From: Candidatus Latescibacterota bacterium
Lineage (GTDB): Bacteria > Latescibacterota > UBA2968 > UBA8231
Assembly (NCBI GenBank): GCA_036336855.1
Contig: JAYZFI010000036.1
Location: forward strand, 14,871 to 78,870
DNA: 64,000 bases
Direction: 5' to 3'
Shown here: piece after piece, positions 8,786-17,906 of the stretch
Position numbering within the stretch: the first letter of the stretch is position 1
How the letters are laid out: every line of letters begins with the position of its first letter
Notes under the pieces: generated by a model
What the model was told of the DNA's origin: nothing
What the model saw: the letters and a program-made list of their open reading frames with translations, nothing else
Database searches by the model: none
Made by a program: the position numbers and the translations under genes

Positions 8786-10245
8786 GGCAGGGGTATCGGC
8801 TCAGAGTCTTCGGTAGCAATGGACCAATCCGCGAGGCACAGGCGCATGTCGGCGATCACCTCTCCATTGGCCGGCACGGCGGCAACGTTGGTGAGCTCCC
8901 AGGGATCGGCCTCGAGATCGTAGAGCTCATCGAGATCGCCCATGGGATCGTGGACGTACTTCCACTGTCGTGTCCGCACCATCTTGCGGCGCCCCTCGGC
9001 CTCGCGCCAACGCAGCGATTCGATGAGGGCGCGTCGGCCCACGGGGTTTTCGAGGCTGCGCAGATCATTCATGCGGAAGGGAGGCCCTCCGGCGCCATAC
9101 TCACTGAAGGTCGCTTCTCGGGGCTCGGCATCAGTGACGGCGGGCAGCAGCGACCCGTGCATGGAGGCAGGGATCGTTAGTCCCTGTAACGAAAACAGCG
9201 TGGGCACGATGTCGATGAGATTGACGGGGCTGAGCTCACGATGTCCCTGGCTGACCTGGCCGGGCCAGGAGACGATGAGGGGTACCCGAGTCAGGCAGTC
9301 GTAAAACACGCCGCCCTTACACTGCATGGCATGCTCGCCCATGAAGTCCCCGTGATCGGAGCAAAACACGACGATGGTGCGCTCTCGCATCTGCAGGTGC
9401 TCCAGGGTATCCAGGATCCGACCTACGGAGTCGTCGATGTGTCGCACCATGCCGTAGTACACGCCCATGAGCCGCTTCACGTCTTCGGGGTTGTCGTCGC
9501 GCACGCCCATCATCTCGTAGAGTACGCGATTGCGCTCGGGCACGGTGTCAGGATCGTTGAACTCCTCATCCCGCCAGGGCGGCATGTCGATCTTGTCGAG
9601 GGGAAAGAGATCGGCGTATTGCTGGGGACAGACCCAAGGTTCGTGGGGATCGGGAATAGACAACCAGAGCGCAAAGGAGTCGCTCCGGTGCTGCTCGAAG
9701 AATCGTGTTGCCTGCTGCACCAGCAGCTCGGTGCCGTAGTCTTCGAGGGGAAAGTCGCTGGTGGCGTAGGAGAAGCGCGGGTTCTGGGGAGTCATGGTGC
9801 GACGAAGCTCATGGGCGGCGGCTACGCGATTGAGAGGGCGCACCCAGTCTATACCGCGAATTTTCGGGTCGCTGACGCCGCCGTGGCCGACCTCGCACCA
9901 GGTGTCGAACTGCGCCTGATCGGCGGCCTGGAAGCAGTGGTTCTTGCCGATAAGCCCGATGTGATAGCCGGCATCGCGCCAAAGCTTGAAGGCATGCACC
10001 GTGTCCGGCGGCATCCAGGTCTCGTTGCGGCGTCCGCCATGGGAGTGTGGGAACTGGCTCGTCCAGAACGAGACGCGGGCGGGGCAGCAGAGCGGATGCG
10101 GAGTGATGGCGCAGTCGAAGAGCACCCCCTCATCGGCGAGGCGCTGCAACGCGGGCGTCTCGCAGAAGGTGCTGCCCCATAGATGGCTAGCTGTAGCCTT
10201 CTGCTGGTCGGTCATGATCACCAGGACGTTGGGTCGATGGGTCAT
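8782..10245 (-). CDS. Sulfatase (Cys-type, formylglycine-dependent)
   Basis: The N-terminus PNVLVIMTDQQ and a CCPAR motif (CxPxR) followed by VSFWTS are sulfatase signatures. There is no signal peptide. ATGA overlaps occur at both ends. Confidence 0.9.
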   Translation of the reverse strand: MTHRPNVLVIMTDQQKATASHLWGSTFCETPALQRLADEGVLFDCAITPHPLCCPARVSFWTSQFPHSHGGRRNETWMPPDTVHAFKLWRDAGYHIGLIGKNHCFQAADQAQFDTWCEVGHGGVSDPKIRGIDWVRPLNRVAAAHELRRTMTPQNPRFSYATSDFPLEDYGTELLVQQATRFFEQHRSDSFALWLSIPDPHEPWVCPQQYADLFPLDKIDMPPWRDEEFNDPDTVPERNRVLYEMMGVRDDNPEDVKRLMGVYYGMVRHIDDSVGRILDTLEHLQMRERTIVVFCSDHGDFMGEHAMQCKGGVFYDCLTRVPLIVSWPGQVSQGHRELSPVNLIDIVPTLFSLQGLTIPASMHGSLLPAVTDAEPREATFSEYGAGGPPFRMNDLRSLENPVGRRALIESLRWREAEGRRKMVRTRQWKYVHDPMGDLDELYDLEADPWELTNVAAVPANGEVIADMRLCLADWSIATEDSEPIPLP

Positions 10246-11186
10246 CTCGTTTCCTCTGGTTGTTCCGATTCCGCGAAGGCACCGCGCACTCCCATGCCTC
10301 GGCGTACAAGCTCGGTGCTCAGAGCGACGGCGGCGGCGGTGGATTCACCCAGGGGCTCACCGGTGGCTCGGCCGTAGACAATGCGAGCGTTGAAGGTGTC
10401 CCCCGCTCCCACTGAGTTTCCTCCCTGGATGGAAACAGCGGGCGCCTCACCTGTCGCCTCTGGATCGGCGTAGAACGCGCCCTGAGGCCCGCGCTTGACG
10501 ACGACCCCTTGCGGCCCGCAGTCAAGCGCCCCCTGAGTAAGCGCTTCGAGAGAATCCCCCGGAATCCACTCGCCGATCTCCTCTTCTGTGCCCAGCAAGA
10601 GATCGCATCCGGCAAAGGCGCGCTGCATCTGGCTCACCGTGGTGCGGCCGCGAAACCAGGGGCTGGGGTCGAAGGCGATGCGCGTTCCCTGCCGCTTCAG
10701 GAAATCACAGACCTCGGCCATCTCTTCGAGATCATCTGCGGTCACGGCACCGAACCCGGAGAGCAGTGCCCAGGCCGGCGCCGGCACGAGCGAGCGCGAA
10801 ACGAACCAGTCGACGCGCTCGCCTGTGTGATAGGAAGACTGTCGGCCCTGCACCGACAAGCGAATTATGTGAACCGCGGAATGCCCCGCTGTGGCAGCGA
10901 CGTGGACGCCGGCTTCGGCGAGCCAGCCTCGCAGCATCTGCCCGGCGTCATCGGCACCGATGTTGGTGTTGAGACTCACGCGGGCACCGAGGAAGCCCAA
11001 GGCGTAGGCCGAGGCGGCGCCGCAACCGCCGAGCGCGAAGCCGACAGGAGCTGACAGGATCTCGGTGTTGTCCGCCCAGCGGTCCTCCGGTGGTGCGGGC
11101 GGACACTCGTCTGCACGTAGGAGTACGTCGACGACAGCGTTGCCGGCGACGTGTACGAGGGGAGCGTCGGCGCCTCGGACGCTCAT
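10242..11186 (-). CDS. PfkB-family carbohydrate kinase
   Basis: Contains the C-terminal pfkB signature NSVGAGDTFNA. I chose the ATG at 11186 (MSVRGADAPLVHVAGNAVVD), preceded by GGGAGTGAG, rather than the longer ORF start at 11321. Confidence 0.8.
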   Translation of the reverse strand: MSVRGADAPLVHVAGNAVVDVLLRADECPPAPPEDRWADNTEILSAPVGFALGGCGAASAYALGFLGARVSLNTNIGADDAGQMLRGWLAEAGVHVAATAGHSAVHIIRLSVQGRQSSYHTGERVDWFVSRSLVPAPAWALLSGFGAVTADDLEEMAEVCDFLKRQGTRIAFDPSPWFRGRTTVSQMQRAFAGCDLLLGTEEEIGEWIPGDSLEALTQGALDCGPQGVVVKRGPQGAFYADPEATGEAPAVSIQGGNSVGAGDTFNARIVYGRATGEPLGESTAAAVALSTELVRRGMGVRGAFAESEQPEETR

Positions 11187-11193
11187 GGACGAC

Positions 11194-11394
11194 TCACTCC
11201 CTGTCAATGGAAATGGAAATTGAATCTCCAACCCACACGAGACCCCCTTCTTGGATCGCCCCGAACACTCCACCACGCATCTCCGAAACCAGAGCACGGA
11301 AGAGACCGCACCTCTGGGCATCCATGACCAGACAGGGCTCGGTCTCGGCGAGGATCTCGATGAGAACTTCGCCGACGCGCAACCGCCAGCCCAC
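11194..11394 (-). pseudogene. C-terminal MOSC-domain-like fragment (possible remnant)
   Basis: The translation RVGEVLIEILAETEPCLVMDAQRCGLFRAL...GGVFGAIQEGGLVWVGDSI resembles the C-terminal half of MOSC domains. No room remains for the N-terminal half before the upstream gene stop at 11438. The only in-frame start is GTG at 11394. Confidence 0.3.
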
Positions 11395-11437
11395 CGGCTG
11401 CCACTGCGGGGGATGAGATGTAGGGATTTCCCATACG

Positions 11438-13117
11438 TCAGTGCCGACCGGGACGACGGCGGTCCTCTCGTGGCGCCACACCCGGGATGGCTTGGAGGTC
11501 GTGGGATAGCAGCTTGTCGTTGCCGGAGTAGTCCATGGGCACCTCGACGAGGTGCACGCCACCTCCATCGAGACAGGAAGTGAGCAGGGACTCGAGATCC
11601 CCAGTATTCTCCAAGCGATGGCCATGGGCCCCGTACGACTCAGCATAACGCACGAAATCGGGATTGCCGTAGTCCAAACCCCAGTGCTCCAGGCCCATGT
11701 CCGCCTGCTTCCACTTGATCATGCCGTAGCCGTCGTCGCGCAGAACCACCACCACCAGGTCCATGCTCAGGCGCACGGCGGTCTCGAGCTCCTGGGAGTT
11801 CATCATGAAGCCGCCGTCGCCGCAGATCGCCATGACCTTTTCCTCTGGGCAGCAGAACCGTGCTCCCATAGCCGAGGGCAGTCCCGCGCCCATGGTGGCC
11901 AAGGCGTTGTCGAGGAGAACGGTATTGGGCGCGTGCGCCTGGTAGTTGAGGGCGAACCAGATTTTGTAGACGCCGTTGTCGAGGCAGATGATGCCGGTGT
12001 CGGGCATGACGTTGCGCACCGACTTCACCAGCCGTTGCGGCACAACCGGGAAAGCATCGTTGTCCTCGCCTTCGTGGCACTTCTCGGCAGCCCACTCTTT
12101 CACGGCGAGGAAAAAATCGAAGTCCCAGTGTGATTGGGACTCGAGCTGTTTCATGATTTGCCAGACGCTGTTGCCGATGTCGCCGATGACTTCGAGTTGT
12201 GGGAAATAGACAGGGTCCACCTCGGCAGAGTTGAAGTTTACATGAATCACCTGAAAGCCGTCGGCCTGCATGAAAAACGGCGGCTTCTCCACCACATCGT
12301 GGCCGACGTTGATGATGAGGTCGGCGTGGTCGATGGCGCAGTGCAAAGGATCGTTGGCCGACAGCGCGGCATTGCCGAGAAACAGGGGGTGACGCTCGTC
12401 GACAACACCCTTGCCCATCTGCGTGCTAATGAAGGGGATACCGGTCTTGTCAACGAATTGAGAAAGCATGCGGGAAGTGCGCTTGCGATTGGCGCCAGCG
12501 CCGACCACCACCAGAGGCCGCTGCGCCTTTCTCATCATGTCCACGGCACGGGCGATCGCCTTGTCCTCGGCGATGGACCGGCGCACCCGGTCCTTGGGGA
12601 AAAGCTGAGCTTCCTGCACGGTCTCACGGGCGATGTCTTCCGGCAACTCGAGGTGGACAGCTCCCGGCCTTTCCTCCTCAGCGAGGCGGAAGGCCTCTCG
12701 CACCCGGGAGGGAATGGTCTCCCCACTCACCACTTGGTGAGTAAACTTCGTAATGGGCTTCATCATCTCCACGACATCGATGATCTGGAAGCGCCCTTGC
12801 TTACTCGTCTTGATCGGCTTCTGTCCGGTAATCATCATCATTGGCATAGCGCCAAGCTGCGCGTAGCCGGCAGCGGTTACGAAATTGGTCGCGCCGGGGC
12901 CCAGAGTGGCCATGCACACACCAGCCTTGCCGGTGAGCCGGCCATAGGTGGAAGCCATGAATCCCGCGGCCTGCTCGTGCCGGGTAAGGATCAGCTGGAT
13001 CTGCTCGGTGTTCTTCAGCGAGTCAAGGAGGTCGAGGTTTTCTTCGCCGGGGATTCCGAAGATGTACTCCACCCCTTCAGCTTCAAGGGCTTTGATGAAC
13101 AGATCAGAGGCTTTCAT
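11438..13117 (-). CDS. Thiamine-pyrophosphate enzyme, acetolactate-synthase-like (AlsS/IlvB family)
   Basis: 559 aa. The N-terminus is GIPGEENLDLLDSL...RHEQAAGFMASTYGRLTGKAGVCMATLGPGATN. A TPP-binding motif GDGGFMMNSQE is present. Confidence 0.85.
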   Translation of the reverse strand: MKASDLFIKALEAEGVEYIFGIPGEENLDLLDSLKNTEQIQLILTRHEQAAGFMASTYGRLTGKAGVCMATLGPGATNFVTAAGYAQLGAMPMMMITGQKPIKTSKQGRFQIIDVVEMMKPITKFTHQVVSGETIPSRVREAFRLAEEERPGAVHLELPEDIARETVQEAQLFPKDRVRRSIAEDKAIARAVDMMRKAQRPLVVVGAGANRKRTSRMLSQFVDKTGIPFISTQMGKGVVDERHPLFLGNAALSANDPLHCAIDHADLIINVGHDVVEKPPFFMQADGFQVIHVNFNSAEVDPVYFPQLEVIGDIGNSVWQIMKQLESQSHWDFDFFLAVKEWAAEKCHEGEDNDAFPVVPQRLVKSVRNVMPDTGIICLDNGVYKIWFALNYQAHAPNTVLLDNALATMGAGLPSAMGARFCCPEEKVMAICGDGGFMMNSQELETAVRLSMDLVVVVLRDDGYGMIKWKQADMGLEHWGLDYGNPDFVRYAESYGAHGHRLENTGDLESLLTSCLDGGGVHLVEVPMDYSGNDKLLSHDLQAIPGVAPREDRRRPGRH

Positions 13118-13146
13118 GGATCTCCTAAGGGGACGTATAGGTTAGG

Positions 13147-14238
13147 TCAAGATGTGATGTCGAGGTCAACGTAAACGGCAGAAAGCAACTCGCGGAAACG
13201 AACCATGTGAACGTCAGGAGCCGGCCTGCCGTTTACAGCGATGGCGACTGCGAGGCCGTGCTCGGCGTCAGCGAAGCCCGCTGACGAGCGCCTACCGCTG
13301 TGGCCGTAGGTGCGCGGCGACGCGTGGCGGCCGTATCCGTACGGCACGGTGTCGGCTCCGTACTGGTTGGAGTCGAGCAGCAACCCGAGCCCCCAGTCGA
13401 CGATGTGATTGAAGGATTCGTCGTGCATGCCCTGGCGCTGGCGAGAGGTCATGGCGCAAACCGTCTCTGCCGAGATCACCCCCCTGCCCCCCTCCAGAAA
13501 CGCCTCGTAGAAGCGACCAAGATCGCGTATCGGCCCCCGGGCGCTAGAGCCGGGTATGCAGCGTCCCACCGACTCCGGTGTGTTGAACGGATCTTCGGCT
13601 ACGGCAGCGCCAGATCTGGTGTCGTGCATTAGGGCTATTCGGTCGCCGTACTCAGCAAATTTGGTCTCATCGAGGGCAAGCGAGGTACACTCAAGCCCCA
13701 ACGGCTTAAGGATGCGCTCCCACAACCAGGCTTCAAGCTCCTGACCAGTGATGGATTGCACGAGCTCACCAAGCACGTACCAGCTCGAACGCGCCTGGTA
13801 CCCGGCGCGTTCGCCCGGAACCCAGTTGCGCTCGAGACTCGATTGGTAGATCTGTTGCAGAGCGTGCTCCCAGTCGCAGGCCTGCTCCTCCATGTCGACG
13901 CGGCAGCGAAAGCCAGCGGTATGGGTGAGGAGGTGGCGCACCCGAACGGTGTCTTTGCCCCGATGTCCGAATTCCGGCAGATGGGAGACCACCGGATCGT
14001 CGAGGCCCAGCTCACCCTCGTCCACCAGCTGCATAATCGCCACCGCGGTCAGCGGCTTCCCCGCGGACAACCAAGGCAGCAGGCACCCCGGTGTCATTGG
14101 CACACCCGGACTGGCGTCACCGATGGCAAAGTCGGCGAGTGGCTGACCGGCGCGCGAGACGTAGACCTGTGCACCTGGGTGCAGACCTGCCTCAATACCG
14201 GCCTCCAGCAGAGCTGTCGTCTTTTGCAGTTCAGTCAC
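13147..14238 (-). CDS. Beta-lactamase-related serine hydrolase (class C/esterase-like)
   Basis: 363 aa. An SxxK motif (SAGK) sits near residue 58, with the LLTHTAGF block typical of the family. Confidence 0.8.
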   Translation of the reverse strand: MTELQKTTALLEAGIEAGLHPGAQVYVSRAGQPLADFAIGDASPGVPMTPGCLLPWLSAGKPLTAVAIMQLVDEGELGLDDPVVSHLPEFGHRGKDTVRVRHLLTHTAGFRCRVDMEEQACDWEHALQQIYQSSLERNWVPGERAGYQARSSWYVLGELVQSITGQELEAWLWERILKPLGLECTSLALDETKFAEYGDRIALMHDTRSGAAVAEDPFNTPESVGRCIPGSSARGPIRDLGRFYEAFLEGGRGVISAETVCAMTSRQRQGMHDESFNHIVDWGLGLLLDSNQYGADTVPYGYGRHASPRTYGHSGRRSSAGFADAEHGLAVAIAVNGRPAPDVHMVRFRELLSAVYVDLDITS

Positions 14239-14277
14239 AGGAACAAGAGAATTGGCGTCTACGGGCTAATCCCGACG

Positions 14278-14805
14278 TCAGCGAACTTCCCCCTCACGCT
14301 TGCGAGAGACCGCCCAGCTCTCCTGTTCGTCGGCGAGTTGTACGGCGTGCACTCCATTTTCGAACTGAGCCTGCAGGTGCTGGTAGGTGTCCTGCATCTC
14401 GTCTTCGGAATAGCGCCAGGGGTGCAGGTAATGGACGGCAGTGACCCGGGCCTGCAGCAGCTCCTTGGTACAGCCGAAGCAGGGCTGCATAGTGGAGTAC
14501 ACAGCAGCGTTCTCCGTGGCGATACCGAAGCGCGCCGCCGACAGAAGGGCGTTCTGCTCGGCGTGGACGCAGATGCACAGATCGTAAGCGCCTCCCGACG
14601 GATAGCGCTCACGGTTGGCGCAGCGCGGACAGCCGCCGTCTGTGCAGTTCGTCATGTTGGCGGGAGTGCCGTTGTAGCCGGTGGAGATGATCCGGTCGTC
14701 GAGAACGAGCACCGCACCCACCCGATTACCCCGACAGTCGGCGCGGGCCCGCACCGACATGGCGATGCGCATGTAGTATTCGACCCAGTCCGGTCGCTGC
14801 GTCAT
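14278..14805 (-). CDS. dCMP deaminase / ComEB-type cytidine-deoxycytidylate deaminase
   Basis: Zinc-binding motifs HAEQNA and PCFGCTKE are present. The N-terminus MTQRPDWVEYYMRIA is typical. The start is uncertain (alternatives at 14820 or 14856). Confidence 0.8.
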   Translation of the reverse strand: MTQRPDWVEYYMRIAMSVRARADCRGNRVGAVLVLDDRIISTGYNGTPANMTNCTDGGCPRCANRERYPSGGAYDLCICVHAEQNALLSAARFGIATENAAVYSTMQPCFGCTKELLQARVTAVHYLHPWRYSEDEMQDTYQHLQAQFENGVHAVQLADEQESWAVSRKREGEVR

Positions 14806-14882
14806 GGACTTGCCTTCCATCGAAAGGGCAGTTGCATTAGGGTAATGCACCTGCACGACCCCGTCGACATTGGAGAACGCCC

Positions 14883-15632
14883 ATGTTCGCTGCCACTGAC
14901 GCCAGACTGCTCAACAACGCGGAGCTCGAATTCTACCGAGACAACGGCTACGTGGTCGCCGCCGACCTACTATCAGCGCAGGAGCTGAGCGACTTCATTG
15001 ATAGCGAAGAGAGCGTCGATCCCGACAGCGGACCCCGGGGCCTGCAGAACCACAACCACGATGAGGCCTGGGACCGAGTGGCCCGCCACCCCAACGTGGT
15101 GACCATCGTGCGTCAGCTTCTCGGCGGTCGACCGTGGGTCCTGCAAAGCATGTACATGGCCAAGCAGCCCTCGGGCGGCACCGGCGTGGCCCTGCACCAG
15201 GACACCCACTACATCCGCAATGAGCCGAACACGCTGATGGCCTGCTGGGTCGCCTTCAACGACACCGGACCCGACAACGGCGGGCTCTGCGTCGTACCGG
15301 GAAGCCACAAGAAGGGCCTCTTCGAAACCGACCGTGTGCGCGAGTCCGAACAACACACAGCCTGGGAGAAGGACTACGAGATGAAAGGCCCCGACGGCGA
15401 GGAGTGGGTGGAGCCCATGTACTCCTTCGACATCCACGCCTACAGCGAGGACGAGGTGACCAAACTCGAGGTGCCCGCCGGCTCCGGGGTATTCTTCACC
15501 TCCATGACGATTCACGGGTCCTACGCCAACCTCACCCAAGACCGTCGGCGGCTCGCCTTCGCCACCCACTTCGTGAGGGAGGGCACCTGGGTTTATCGCA
15601 AGGACCTTCAGGACATGGTTGCCGCCAACTGA
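14883..15632 (+). CDS. Phytanoyl-CoA dioxygenase (PhyH)-family Fe(II)/2-oxoglutarate oxygenase
   Basis: 249 aa with FYRDNGYVV, an HQDTHY (HxD) motif and a distal His in TIHGS. Confidence 0.8.
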   Translation: MFAATDARLLNNAELEFYRDNGYVVAADLLSAQELSDFIDSEESVDPDSGPRGLQNHNHDEAWDRVARHPNVVTIVRQLLGGRPWVLQSMYMAKQPSGGTGVALHQDTHYIRNEPNTLMACWVAFNDTGPDNGGLCVVPGSHKKGLFETDRVRESEQHTAWEKDYEMKGPDGEEWVEPMYSFDIHAYSEDEVTKLEVPAGSGVFFTSMTIHGSYANLTQDRRRLAFATHFVREGTWVYRKDLQDMVAAN

Positions 15633-15638
15633 GCAACC

Positions 15639-16916
15639 CTAGCGCAGCAGCTGACAATACGGTTGAGGGTCGAGGAAGATTCCCCCGGACCGATCGTAGT
15701 AATCGTCGTCGAGGCGGAAGGCTCCCCGCTCGGCGCGGAGCCAACTGGCTCCGGCGCAGGGGTGCTCGGTAAGCATACGCGACCAGCTGCCGTAATTCTC
15801 CGGTCCGTTCGACTCCATCATCCCTCCGCGCACGCCAGGAAAGGCGGGCAGTCGGGCGGCAACAGCCTTGTTCCACTCCACCAGCCAGGGCACGCAGGCG
15901 TTGTCGGCGACGAAAGCGGCGAGCCCGCAGCGATGGACCTCGGCAATCATGTCGAAGGCGATGGACAGGGTTTTGCCCGCCGGCTTGATAGCCACCGCTG
16001 AATAGCCGAGGCCTTGTCGATCCTTCACCTCGGCGGGATCGTGGAGGCTCTCGTCGGCAGCGACGGGGACGGGTAGGTCGCCCACCACGGCGTGGACGTC
16101 AGCAGCGAAGGGTTCCTCCAGCAACAGGGTTCGCTCAAGCAGACCGGCGTCACCGGCGGCGTCGAGCACCTGGTTCACCGCTTCGAGGTCCCGGAAGCGC
16201 CCATTGGCGTCGAGATATAGACCAACCTCACCGGACTTGGTAAACGGAGTCTTTGCGCCGACGATGAGCTCGGAAATCCGGCGCAGGCCAGCGCAGTCGC
16301 CGGAGATCATTTCGTCGCGGTTTCCTGGGTGGCCGATCTTGACCTTGAGGATAGCGGCGCCCTCTGCGAGGATCTCTTCCACCCGCTGCGGCGGCGTGTT
16401 GTAGGCCACGGCAGGAACCAGGGCGATGTCCTGCTGCCGATGCGCGAGCGCCGGTCGCACCGCGTCGGGTACAAGCCCGTCGAAATCGTCCACCCCACAC
16501 CGCCGGCTCCAAAGTGTCCACGCGGCGAGGTCGAGGGCGACACAGGCGTTCAGGGTGAAGGTGCGCAACAGCTTCGAGCCGCGCCCGGTGACGGCCCCAG
16601 CGTAGTCTTGGACCTCGGGCAGAATGGCTGCCAGCAACTCCGGGGGCGCCGTGAACTCACGGTCGCGACTGCAGGCGAGAGCGCGCTCAAGGATAGCCAC
16701 CATGAGGGCATTCCCACCGATCTCGCTATGCGCGGCAAAGACCTCAGAGTCCGACCACAATGCCGCCAGGCCGCCCACGCCAAAGGCCTGCCCACCATCA
16801 TCGCCCTGCAGACGGACGACGAGGTTCCACTTCTCGTGGAAGGCCGACCCCTTGAAGGCGAAGGGCTTGGCAAAGGGCTCGCGCTGAATGTCCAGATCAT
16901 AGTCAACGATCTTCAC
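15639..16916 (-). CDS. Enolase-superfamily enzyme (MLE/dipeptide-epimerase-like subgroup)
   Basis: KVKIG (KxK) and the metal-ligand series DANG / EEP / DES are present, plus AIKPAGK. The GTG start is preceded by AGGAGGG. A C-terminal extension of about 80 aa follows. Confidence 0.75.
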   Translation of the reverse strand: MKIVDYDLDIQREPFAKPFAFKGSAFHEKWNLVVRLQGDDGGQAFGVGGLAALWSDSEVFAAHSEIGGNALMVAILERALACSRDREFTAPPELLAAILPEVQDYAGAVTGRGSKLLRTFTLNACVALDLAAWTLWSRRCGVDDFDGLVPDAVRPALAHRQQDIALVPAVAYNTPPQRVEEILAEGAAILKVKIGHPGNRDEMISGDCAGLRRISELIVGAKTPFTKSGEVGLYLDANGRFRDLEAVNQVLDAAGDAGLLERTLLLEEPFAADVHAVVGDLPVPVAADESLHDPAEVKDRQGLGYSAVAIKPAGKTLSIAFDMIAEVHRCGLAAFVADNACVPWLVEWNKAVAARLPAFPGVRGGMMESNGPENYGSWSRMLTEHPCAGASWLRAERGAFRLDDDYYDRSGGIFLDPQPYCQLLR

Positions 16917-17199
16917 GCAGCACCCTCCTGCTTGCCCTCAGTCCGGAAACCGGTCTTTCTTTCGCCTGAGGCATAGCCCCACCCAAGCGACGATAGCAGT
17001 TGTCCCTGTCGCTTCACGTCCACCGATTTGTCTCCTAACTCGTGTTGCTGTTGGCAACGGAGAAGCGGGCCATGACCGACATCCCGGAAGGACCTCCGCA
17101 GATCCGGGGAATCTACGAACAGCTTGGCAGTCCTTGGAAGCACAGAGACCGTCTCGATGACTATGGCGTTGACGAGGTCTCTATTCACTCCGGGCAGAT

Positions 17200-17481
17200 A
17201 TGGAGACGCTGCAGCGGTCGCGTGGCGAGGGATTTCTGGTGCCCGCCAAGTTCGCCAACCTCAACGACAAGATGGCAGCGCTCAAGCAGATTTCCGGAGA
17301 GTCTACCGCCCAAGCAGAAGCCAAGTTGTCCGGGAAGGAGAACAGCGAGATGAGTCCTCGAGAGCAGTGGATCATGGCAGCCATCGCCGCCGCCGGGGCG
17401 TTCTGGGCCTTCGGCTCACAGGCCCTTTACCTCTACGCCCTAGCGGGGGTCATCTTCTTCATTCTCAAGAATCGGACTTGA
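17200..17481 (+). CDS. Hypothetical small protein with C-terminal transmembrane helix
   Basis: 93 codons with GC-rich third positions. The C-terminal hydrophobic segment is WIMAAIAAAGAFWAFGSQALYLYALAGVIFFIL. I recognised no homolog. Confidence 0.35.
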   Translation: METLQRSRGEGFLVPAKFANLNDKMAALKQISGESTAQAEAKLSGKENSEMSPREQWIMAAIAAAGAFWAFGSQALYLYALAGVIFFILKNRT

Positions 17482-17572
17482 GCCGGATGCTTGACTTTGG
17501 CCCGGCCGCCCAGGTTATTACGGAAGAATGGGTTAGCTAGAAGCACTCAGACACAACCCAAGGCACCGTCGG

Positions 17573-17890
17573 ATGAGATCCATCGATCTACAAGACAACC
17601 TGTCCAAGGCTCCCCTCGCCGGACGCGAGCAAGGCATTCAGCAATCACGCCCGGAACACGGCCAGCGGCAGTTGGCGCACGAACTCGAGCAGCAACACGT
17701 GCTCGATCACTCCCGAACCAAGGAGACGGCGGAGCCCGACCCCGCCGCGAACCGCACGGACCAAGACGGGGGCCAGCGCCGCGGCCAAGGGGCGCGACAC
17801 CCCGCTCACCAGGCCGAGGACGAAGAGGGAGAGCAGATGCCGCAAGCCTCACCCTCAGCGACATCCCGCGCCATCGACGTCATCGCTTGA
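17573..17890 (+). CDS. Hypothetical highly charged Gln/Glu/Arg-rich small protein
   Basis: 105 codons. By-eye GC3 > GC1 > GC2 favours this frame over the antisense ORF 17645-17845. No recognisable domain. Confidence 0.3.
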   Translation: MRSIDLQDNLSKAPLAGREQGIQQSRPEHGQRQLAHELEQQHVLDHSRTKETAEPDPAANRTDQDGGQRRGQGARHPAHQAEDEEGEQMPQASPSATSRAIDVIA

Positions 17891-17906
17891 CGTCTCCCCT
17901 GCCCTT

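Noticed and set aside
10242-11321. Longest-ORF starts for several genes (10242-11321, 30725-32221, 43910-45517, 45364-46524, 46386-47516, 47417-49309, 48547-49791, 54524-56218, 58040-59509).
   Set aside because: The N-terminal extensions overlap the preceding gene in another frame and are Arg/Pro-rich with no similarity. Internal ATG/GTG/TTG starts give canonical family N-termini and 1- or 4-nt coupling overlaps or good SD sites.
16913-17188. A 91-aa minus-strand ORF whose stop forms a GTGA overlap with the enolase-superfamily gene start.
   Set aside because: It has no recognisable motifs and mixed codon bias. The overlap may be a coincidence caused by the RBS/start region. It also conflicts with the plus-strand small ORFs in the same spacer.
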